Assembly (NCBI GenBank): GCA_964016885.1
Contig: OZ024746.1
Span: 22,444,001-22,508,000, forward strand
DNA from: Eledone cirrhosa
Taxonomy: Eukaryota
Direction of reading: 5' to 3'
Length of the DNA: 64,000 bases
Both the position numbers and the translations under genes were made by a program. How positions within the stretch are numbered: position 1 is the first letter of the stretch; each line of letters starts with the position of its first letter. Below the pieces are notes generated by a model. The model had not been told where the DNA came from. It saw only the letters and a list, made by a program, of their open reading frames with translations, and ran no database searches. Positions 54,803 to 64,000 of this stretch are shown piece after piece.

Positions 54803-55161
54803 TCATCAACGTTTAACGTCTGTGTTCCACGCTTGCATGGGTTTGGACGGGGGTTTTCCCACTTGAGGCAAGAGTGATTGTCTTGCTCGCATAGGACTGT
54901 CTGGCGGGTTTTCTACAGCTGGATGCCCTTCCTAACACCAACCACATTTACAGTGTGGGGCTGGGAGGTTTTTACCATGTTGCCTACACGGCCACATTAC
55001 AGCGTGGACTGTCTGGCGGGTTTTCTACAGCTGGATGCCCTTCCTAACACCAACCACATTTACAGTGTGGGGCTGGGAGGTTTTTACCGTGTTGCCTACA
55101 TGGCCACATTACAGCGTGGACTGTGTGTTTTTTTGTTGTGACACCTACACGATCTCATTTG
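54801..55161 (-). mobile_element. RTE LINE 3' UTR fragment with internal ~112-bp tandem duplication
   Basis: Reverse complement of 46088-46335; the block starting GGACTGTCTGGCGGG occurs at 54894 and 55006; (TA)n on both sides. Confidence 0.85.
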
Positions 55162-55669
55162 TATATATATATATATATATATATAAAATAGCAGCCTTGA
55201 TTTATTGTGCGTAGACAATGTAATGTTTTCAATGTTTATGTAACAACTTATTGTTCATGTATACATAATGTTGTCTTTGTTTTTATATTCTTCTATTGCT
55301 ACACTGTTCATCATCATCATTGTTTAATGTCCATATTCCACACTTGCATGGGTTAGATGGGTTGTCACATTGAGACAACTCAGTTCAGGAGACCATGTCT
55401 TGCTCATACGGATTTGTATTTTGGCTTGGTTTCTACAGGTGGAAGCCTTTTCTAAGGCCAACCACATTAGTGTGGAGACACTAAATTATCATAATTGTCA
55501 TCATAATGAAGCTGCATGGCCTAATATATAGGATGTTGGATTCATGATAAGGTTGTGAGTTCATTTCCTGGTTGGAGCAGAGCATTGTATTTTTAAACAA
55601 GATGCTTCATTTCATGCTGCTTTTCATGATAGGACTAAGACCATTATCATCAAAACACATAAAAAATAG

Positions 55670-56010
55670 AAGGCCAGTTAAACCTGCATAGATGTGAGCT
55701 GTAGGAACATAAAGTCTAAAGCCCCCATCATAAAAACACATAAGAAACCTACTATGAAATACAACCTCATAGAAATCCAGTGAAATCTGTAAGAGTGTAA
55801 GCTGTAACACAAGACTGAGTCTCCCATCATAAAAACATCCAAGAAACGTATGAGATATAACCTCATAGAAATTCAGTTAAACCTGTTGGGGTATGAGTTG
55901 TAACATAAACTGAAGCCTCCATCACAAAAACATCCAAGAAACCTCCTATGAGATATAGTCTCATAGAAAGCCAGTTAAACCATAAACTGAGCCCCACCAT
56001 CACAAAAACT
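55670..56010. repeat. Degenerate ~90-100-bp tandem amplification of a SINE tail
   Basis: CAGTTAAACCTG..GAGCTGTAACA..CCCATCATAAAAACA..AAGAAACC..ATGAGATATAACCTCATAGAAA repeated 3-4 times after a SINE head at 55510. Confidence 0.7.
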
Positions 56011-56675
56011 AAATTTCTTTTCATTTCTTTCCACTGTCATCACCATTTTAACAGCTGCTCTTTTCATGCTGGCATGGGTTGGATGAGTCTCTAGATTGTA
56101 TTCTATGGCCAGATACCCTTCCTGAAGCCAACCTTTTGTTTTTAAGTAAGGCATTACTTATTTCACTGGCCTTCACATGTCAAACTGCTGAGTTGCAGGA
56201 CACAATCATTACTGGTTAACCAAGATATACACATTCACTTGCTCGCATATATGTATATATACAATAAGCTTCTGTACAGTTTTCAGCAATCAAATTTTAC
56301 ACACACAACATTGGTTAGCTTAAGATCATGGTTAAAGATTCTTGTCGAAAGTGCCACATGATGAAATTCAGCTGGAATGTGGCTGCAAAATGAACTTCTT
56401 AACCACCTAGCCATATTTGGAATATTTAAAATACCTAGTTGTTTAATGTCTGCCCTCCCTGCTATGTGAAGAGCATATAGCTGTAGAACCCATGCCAAAA
56501 CCATAACGTATGGAAGCAAAATTAAGTCATTATTTGGTCTGTGACAACCTGTCCAACACATACAGGCAGGGAAAAGCAGATATTAAATGATGGCCTCCCT
56601 CTTTCTTTTTCTGTGTGTGTGTGTGTGTGTATATTAGTGGAAAATGAAGAAAATTCCTCGGTTCAGTAAGATATA

Positions 56676-56881
56676 TTTGAAAAAAAGAAAAGAAGAATGA
56701 CTTCATTGATGGTTGGTGTTCTTTAATAGTTCAAATCTTTACTGTGTCATTATTGATATTAGTTCTGCTAAGTTGTTATTGATATTGGACCAGAACTAAT
56801 ATCAATAACGACTTACTGTAAAGATTTGAACTATTAAAGAACACCAACCACCAGCGAAGTCATTCTTCTCTTTTTTTCAAA
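56676..56881. repeat. Long inverted repeat (~90-bp arms, 23-nt spacer), MITE-like
   Basis: AGAAGAATGACTTC..TGGTTGGTGTTCTTTAATAGTTCAAATCTTTAC..ATTGATATTAGTTCTG pairs with CAGAACTAATATCAAT..GTAAAGATTTGAACTATTAAAGAACACCAACCA..GAAGTCATTCTTCT. Confidence 0.8.
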
Positions 56882-57921
56882 CACACACGCGCACGCACAC
56901 ACACATGCGCACACGCCAGTCTAGTCTTGAACCATAACTCGCTGTCACCAATGCCAATATGGAAGACACATAAAATGATGTGTATGTGTATTTATGAATG
57001 TATATACATACACACACGTGTGTGTGTGTGTGATTTAATTTTGTTAGGGTATTTCCATATTTCATTTTCAATATGCCATTTTCTGTTAAGACACTGAACT
57101 GATGTGATTCTTGCTATATATCAAATTATAATGTAATTATCAAATGAGTTTTGAATCACTATGAATTAATCTCTTATAATAACTGTCTATATATCAGATT
57201 GAGTTGGAAAGGTAAAAAAATCAATTCTCATACACACTTTATTCATTCATTCATTAGTTCTAACCAAAATTATAAATATCATTATCATTTTTCTAGGTCA
57301 TATTTTATATTAGTTATGAATGACAGATATATTTAATTAATCAATGTCATTACAATAAAATTATTCCTTTTTAAATTTGGTTAATTAATTTTCAGGTGTA
57401 ATGAGAAACCGTTTCTTTTAATTATTATTTCATTAGTATAGTTTAAAATTAATATTCATTTGTGTATTTTGACATACCTATGTATAGATAACACTTCTAT
57501 ATTTTGTTGTGTAGAAAACCATGGTTACCCAAGCACTGGTTACTGAAATTTAGAATTATTCTAACAGGATGTAAAATTCTGAGAATATTCAACTAGCTAT
57601 ACTGTGTGCTATACCGGAGCTCAAGAATAAACATTTGAATTAACAAACTAATTTTTTAGATTTTCTGCTAAAACATTGCAGGATGTAATTAAGAGCTTCT
57701 CCATTTTGGCTTACCATCTGTATACCCACCCTTATTAATCGCTCGGCTTTCATTTCCTCCTCCATCATCTTTAACCATGTCTTTCTTTGTCTTCCTTTTC
57801 CTCTACTTTCTTTCATATTCATTTTCACTCTTCCTTATTCAGTCCCTTTCTTCCCCAAAGCATGGCTCAACCATCTTGTTCCATTTTCCTTCACAATATT
57901 CAACCTTGAATGTTAGATAGT

Positions 57922-57952
<31 letters not shown>

Positions 57953-58537
57953 CACACTCGTATAAAATACCTCTAATAGCTACATATTAAATTGCTAAGG
58001 TAACTTTCAGTCATTTAAAGTAGAAACAATTATTCCTTCCTTTTTTATATTATTGTATTGTCCTTCCCCTAATGTTGCTTTCTCTCTCAATTCCCTTCTG
58101 ACTTATTACCTTGGCAATCTAACCCACTTGTATTGCACGGCTTTCTAAAGAAATGAACTTTTCAGTTACATATAAAGGGTGGCACAAAAGTCGCGAACCA
58201 GTTAATAATTTTGTGATAATGAATGTTTATTAAATAAAATAAAAGTTTATTATCTCTTATATAGTTTTTTCTTATTATTAGAATGGTGCATGGCCTTTGT
58301 GACACCACGCGTGCGTGTATCATCAGTTAACATCTATTTTAACTGCTTGTATGAGTTAGACAGGTTAGGTTATTCCTTGCTCATATGACTGTTTTGGGGT
58401 GTGGCTTCTATGGCTGGATACTTTTCTTAATGTCAACCACTATACAACATGTAATGAAAGCAGTTTATAGTGACACCAGCATTCTCACCTTACTGGGTGG
58501 ACTGGGAGTGTGTGGCACCAGCTATATATATATATAT

Positions 58538-59261
58538 CTTGGTTGTCCATCGTAAATGATGATGACATCTTCTTTATTGTTGTTCCCGTCTGCCATGGGC
58601 ACGAAGGTGGCTGTGGAGGCTGATCCTTGACTTGCAGGTCTGGGGGCAGGGGAAGAGACCAGAGTCAGACTGGCAACTCCCAAAGGTTACCTCCACCTGT
58701 TACCTCCGCCTCTTGCCTATCGCTGCAGGGCTTTGGGAGTGCATGCTAAAGAAGAAACCTGTGCGGGAAAGGTTTATAGTGGGAGGACCAGTGCTCAGTG
58801 ACGGTCCCACTCACTCGGCCACAGAAGCCAGAATCCGGTGGTACGGAGGACCGTCATGACCAGGGACTTCCTTGGCTGCAGTGGATGGCCACGACGTCTG
58901 TAGTACCTTACCGTGCCCTAGCGCTCCACACCGCTTGCTGTCGCCGCCTTCGTGACAGTTGGGACGATGTTGTCCTCCTCCACTCACTCCGCCGGGTCCA
59001 GTCTTCGCATGCAGGGGCAGGCATCCCCTATCTAACTCACTGTGGGGTTTCGGACCCGTCCGGCTACCCTCAACCTGGTTCGGCCTGCCAGCCAAGGCGG
59101 TTTACCGGGGTGTGGCCGCTGTCGCATGCTACAGCTTCTTGGGGCCACAAGTGAGAGCTGAGTGTCAGGTGGGACCCAATGCAGGACAAGCTGTTTGAAA
59201 AGGGCATGGCTAGCCCCCCCCCCCCTACAGAGGTACATGCCCCTCCCTGACACCGCAGGCA
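58538..59261 (-). mobile_element. GC-rich bipartite non-autonomous RTE derivative (5' UTR fused to ORF end and 3' UTR)
   Basis: 3' part encodes SGLFPCPQTCKSRISLHSHLRAHGRREQQ* (degenerate C2H2 finger typical of RTE C-termini) and ends GATGGACAACCAAG. The 5' ~500 nt is structured and non-coding. TA-rich flanks. Confidence 0.7.
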
Positions 59262-59508
59262 TATACACACGCATACACATACATTTGTACATGTGTATAT
59301 ACATATTTACACATTTTTGGATAGCCGTTGACTCTTATCAGTTTTTCTGCCCTTTGTCAGGTTTTGTTTTTTGTCCTGCATGGTGTCCCAAATCACCCTT
59401 CTCACCAAGTAAACTTGGTGGGGTTGCAAGTTTAGTCGCCGACGACCCGACCATGTGACAGGTTGTACTGGTTTACATGTTACCAGTAGCACTCAAGAGT
59501 GACCTGAC

Positions 59509-59539
<31 letters not shown>

Positions 59540-59602
59540 CTCATACATACATATACACATACTCACACATAACATACATACAAAACCTAACAGCTATATA
59601 TA

Positions 59603-60899
59603 CGAGGGGGGATCAAAAAGTTCGCGGAATTTTTCAGAAAATATTCTATTTTTCAAAAAATATGATTTACCTTCAATTTATTTTTCTACATAGTTGCCAT
59701 CCAGGTCAATACACTTCACAAGGCGATGCTTCCAGCTTCGTAAGCCGTCTCTAAAGAAAGTTGAAGGCCTTGTTCGAAGCCATGTGTTGGCAGTGTTTTT
59801 AGCTTCTTCAACACCACTAAAACGGGTTCCTTTTAGCATTTCTTTGAGTTTTGGAAAGAGGAAAAAGTCTGATGGGGCTAAATCTAGACTATAAGGCGGG
59901 TGAGGAAGCACTTCCCATCGAAATTCTCAAAGAACTTCTTTTGCAACCCGCGCAGAATGCGCTGGTGCATTGTCATGATCAAACAAAATCCCACCATGAA
60001 GTTTCCCTTTTCGTTTCTTGACTAATGCCTCTTTCAGCTTCCTTAAAACATTTGCATAGTAAGCTCCTGTCACAGTTCTTTGACCTTCAAGATAATATAT
60101 TAGTATCACCCCATCTGAATCCCAGAAAATGGTGTCCATCACTTTTTGATTCGACTTTTGAGATTTGAACTTGATTGGCCCCGATGATCCACGTGGAAGC
60201 TACTGTTTTGACTGCTGTTTGGATTCAGGATCATACTGGTAGATCCAGGTTTCATCTCCGGTGATGATTCTGGTCAGGAAATGCTCTTCATCAACTTCAA
60301 TTTTGTTTAATATCGCCAAAGACAGATCACTTCGAAGAATCAGCTGATCAGGGCGCAACGCTTTTGGGACCCATCGTGCTGAAAGCTTGCTTAGTCCCAA
60401 ATTATCGTGCAGAATTGAATTTGCCGAACCATATGCAATGTCTAGGGACTTTGCTAACTGATTAACTGTTATTCTTCGATCTTCTTCAATTAAAGTCTGA
60501 GCAGCCTCAACGTTTTGGTCATCTTTTGATGTTCCTGGTCTTCCACTGCGATGGTCGTCTCTCCCTTGTTTGAATCGCTGAATCCACTTGTAGACAGCAG
60601 TTTTCTTTGGAGCAGTAGTACCGTAAACTTTAACTAAAGCCTCCATAATCTGTGTCCCTTTCCATTTGAGTTTCACCAGAAACTTGATATTCGATCTTAT
60701 CACAAAATAACTATTTTCCATTGTTCCAAAAGAGGTTTTTTAAAGTGTGTCAGTACTGTACAATAGTCCACGCATGACTGACTGCAAGTGACTAATAGCA
60801 AGGTAAACACCCAGTGACAATGTTCTGACATGTTTAATAGTGTTTTAACTTATTTTTTTCTTACTACGATAAAATTCTGCGAACTTTTTGATCCCCCTC

Positions 60900-60900
<1 letters not shown>
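59603..60900 (-). mobile_element. Full-length mariner (DD34D, irritans/Hsmar2-like), 1298 bp
   Basis: TA target duplication (59601-02, 60901-02); TIRs CGAGGGGGGATCAAAAAGTTCGCGGAATTTT / AAAATTCTGCGAACTTTTTGATCCCCCTCG. Confidence 0.95.
59678..60721 (-). pseudogene. Mariner transposase pseudogene
   Basis: One reading frame of 348 codons broken by TAG (60200-02) and TGA (59927-29); WVPK, TGDETW, HDNAPAH, YSLDLAPSDFFLF; 34 residues between the 2nd and 3rd D. Confidence 0.95.
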
Positions 60901-60940
<40 letters not shown>

Positions 60941-62489
60941 GCTGCATGTGTGTGTATATATATATATATATTTGTGTGTGTATATGTATATTTATATATT
61001 TGTGTGTGTGTATATATGTGTATGTATATATATATATAAAGTATATATATGTGTATATATAGCTTGTCTTGTAACTAGATTAAAAGTTGAATATCTGAAA
61101 TAATTGAAAGACAGGAAATAATTGTCTCAGATTTATTTCTATTCTGTGAGTGCACTCACTACCATCATGGACTCGTTTCTCTTTTTAATGGTTCTTACAT
61201 TATTCAAGGTTTCAAAATCTTGCTAAATTCTTAGATATTTATAAAATCTCATTTAATAAACCTATTTGATTGTATAGCTTTTATTTCAAAATGGATTGTA
61301 TTTTTGGTACTTGGATTTTTATTCTAACAATAGCTATCTATAGTAGCTTATCAAAATACATTTTAAAATGTTTTATGTTTTAATAAATCATTTTAGAAAA
61401 CTGAATTTTATAATTCTATGCCATCACTTGTATGGTGGAAATACATTAAATGATTTTGATTAATGTGTGTGTGTTTGTAGGCATGCAAAAAGTAAACAGA
61501 AAAATAAAGCTAATTAAAAAAAAAAAATAGGTGGTTGATTTATTAGGAGTGCAAATATCCAGGATTATACATGAAAAGAATTCTTTTCTTCTTTCCAAGA
61601 TAAAATTTATGTAAGAACCTTTATATTCCAAACACCAACTCAATAATGACAAAGTTAGTTATATTACTAAATCCCTCCAAATACCTGATTATTTCCTTAA
61701 TTATTTGAAATACATAGGCCGTGTCTTTCATTAGAAATATGTTAACAGAAGGGTTAAATCAACTGTTCTGAAGCTATACAACTAAAAACAGGTAGAAAAG
61801 TCAGCTGCTGCTTTAAGCTCAATAAACATTATTGTTCAATTGTTTTATGTACAAATGTTCATTTTGGTACTAGTTTGGTGGTGGTGAGGGGGTGGTAGTG
61901 GTACTGGTGGTGTGGGGATGGTGCTGATAATGAGTGGGGGTATCTTGGTGTTGCTGCTACTGGTAGTGGTGGTGGGTCATGAAATTGTGGTGGTTATGAT
62001 GACAGTGGTAGTAGTAGTAGCAGCAGTGGTGGTAGTAGTGGTGGTGATAATGACTGGTCATAGTCATTGTAATAGTAGCAGTGGTGGTACTGGTAGTGAT
62101 GTATGTGGTGTTGACGGGTGGTCAGTAGTTTTAAATGGTTTTATTTAGAAAGGAATATTATATTAATTGTTGCAAGTTTGTACCTGATGTTACTGCAGTC
62201 TTTAAGTGAATCTATAGACTACATCAAATTGTTATTGACTTCTATTTTAAACACACTACACATTACATTAAACTTTCCATGGTTTGGTAATATTTTTCTC
62301 ATTAGTCTCGAATTAAAATAAGTTAATTAAAAAACAAAAAAGTTAACTGTTTTGTTACCATATTTCTAATAAAAGACAGCTTATAAAGATTTTCAAAATA
62401 ATCATATTTGAAGGGATTTATTCAAATGACTTTCTATGTATTAAGCTGGTGTTTGGAACATAACTTAAAGGTTCTTATATAACATTATA

Positions 62490-62648
62490 ATTGTTTCTAC
62501 GTTAGGCACAAGGCCAGCAATTACCCAGTACATTACTGGTACTTTATTTTATCGACCCCATAAGGATGAAAGGCAAAGTCAACCTCGGCGGGATTTGAAC
62601 TCAGATCGTAAAGGGACGTAACTATGCTGGAAAGCATGGCGTCCGACA
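62490..62648 (-). mobile_element. SINE family A young copy nested in a TTAA-type MITE
   Basis: Reverse complement of the 15637 copy. The host sequence AACATTATAAT...AATGGAAGG is split relative to the related copy at ~62980 (AAATTATGATGGAAG). Confidence 0.75.
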
Positions 62649-62675
62649 ATGGAAGGTTTTTAGATAAATATTTAA

Positions 62676-62863
62676 CCCTTTAGCATTTAAACCAGTATAT
62701 CCGACCAGAATTCTCCCACCTCTTTCTGTTTAATCCAACCATAACTGGCTACTCATACTGATAAATAAATATCAAACTCTTGTAGATTCGATATTATGTG
62801 AGATAATTATTATTTACCGTGAAAATACAGTACCAAATATAGAGTAATGTAAATGCTAAAGGG
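62676..62863. mobile_element. piggyBac-type MITE
   Basis: TTAA|CCCTTTAGCATTTA ... TAAATGCTAAAGGG|TTAA; perfect 14-bp TIR. Confidence 0.85.
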
Positions 62864-63048
62864 TTAAATCCTTTTGTTACCATATTTTTAATGAAAGACC
62901 CTGTCTGATTTTCAAATAAATTTTGAAAATGCTCAAGAATGAAGGTGTTTAGAGCAGAAAGTAACGATGGTTCTTACATAAAATTATGATGGAAGATTTT
63001 AAAATAAACTTTGGAAAACCAAGGGCATGTTGATACTAAAAAGGTTAA
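62864..63048. mobile_element. Second abundant TTAA-bounded MITE family (representative; related copies ~18450-18632, 29220-29530, 31120-31410, 42230-42560, 61480-61757, 62342-62670)
   Basis: Recurrent ends TTAA(C/T)CCTTT..TTACCATATTTCTAATGAAAGAC and TTTCATTAGAAATATG.TAA.GAAAGGGTTAA. Confidence 0.55.
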
Positions 63049-63229
63049 GCAAATTTGTTTTTTCTATTACGTTCTTTGACGTATTTATGGTCCAGTACAA
63101 AGATTTTCCCAAAATTGCAGGACCCATACCTATATTTTACGGACAATCCCCTGTACCATAATTTTAATATAATTATATGAAATATATATATATATACCAT
63201 AATTTTAATAAGACGTTAAATGAAATATG

Positions 63230-63315
63230 CAGGGTGCCCCCCCCCCCCCCCCCAACCTATATACACTTCAGCAGCCTTCTAATAAATATGTGTATACATT
63301 TTTGGGGGACACCTG
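63230..63315. mobile_element. ~85-bp Tc1/mariner-type MITE, second copy
   Basis: CAGGGTGCCCC...TGTGTATACATTTTTGGGGGACACCTG|TA; homologous to 18841-18918. Confidence 0.65.
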
Positions 63316-64000
63316 TATATTGGTATAGTTTATATGAATCATTATGAAATATGTGGATTCACTAGTTGGAGCTGGCTCAATCCATCATGGGTGAATGATG
63401 TTACAAGTACAAAGTTAGTAGGCAGGGTAGGTTGTGTACATAGGTATGCTAAGTGTTAGTGTGTTAATAACACCTTAGTAGACAGTGTGTGTACATTAGG
63501 ACCCTAATTGTTGGTGTGTCAATAGGAAATGTAGACGGTATATACATTGGTAGGATAAGTGTTAGTATGTTGATATCAAATGTTAGTAGACAGGGTATAT
63601 ACATTAGTAGCCTAGTAAGCTATGTTAGTAGTTTTGAGGTTAACACTGGTGTTAAAGGTTGTGATTACATTAAAAGCCAAGGCATGTACATTCATACTGT
63701 GAAGGAATGTGGTTTAGTAAAGGTGTTTGGCAGATTGTCTTTGAGCAAAACACTATTTCTTACTGTACCAGTCCATTCAACTAGAAAAAATAAGTACGTG
63801 TAAATCAGAGGGCCAGTTTTATCATGTACTAAAAATGTAGAATGCTCAGCTACTTGCATATTAATTTCATGTGTAGGGTGTTGGTCAAACAACTAGAACA
63901 CTCAAGAACCAACGAAGGTGTAACACTTGATAGTCCTAGTGTTTGTTAATAGCAAAGGTAGTTACGTTGGTAGCCAGGGTTGCAGCATTTATTAATAGCC

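Noticed and set aside
58632-59458. Several GC-rich ORFs as a host exon or contaminant
   Set aside because: Explained by the RTE-derived element; the ORFs overlap on both strands with no recognisable domain except the terminal zinc finger.

Overview
AT-rich eukaryotic genomic DNA. The repeat content (tRNA-derived SINEs, RTE LINEs with (GAT)n tails, dense (TA)n/(TG)n microsatellites) looks like an octopod cephalopod. The only host coding sequence I can support is a 98-nt first coding exon (4494-4591, +, MTIVHLVATGISIITLCGWCFVWLIHLCALIYG then GTAAGT) resembling the N-terminus of ceramide glucosyltransferase (UGCG). It lies behind a CpG-enriched promoter with an NRF1-type motif and a 3-codon uORF whose stop overlaps the start codon. 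I found no exon 2, so the remaining ~59 kb is probably one giant first intron. A possible divergent non-coding first exon lies at ~828-1132 (-). The intron holds RTE LINE fragments (two with a PHD finger inside the RT), SINEs, piggyBac- and Tc1-type MITEs, a full-length dead Hsmar2-like mariner, a bipartite RTE derivative and minisatellites. Best novel candidate: a recursive-splicing-type AG|GTAAGT site at 50812-50819, followed by a 94-nt poison exon whose donor is partly buried in a hairpin, all bracketed by an inverted SINE pair. Also notable are a minimal hammerhead ribozyme (32871-32929, -), a twin-priming-like 5' inversion in an RTE copy, and a SINE/LINE partner pair. All calls were made by eye and family names come from recall, not database searches.
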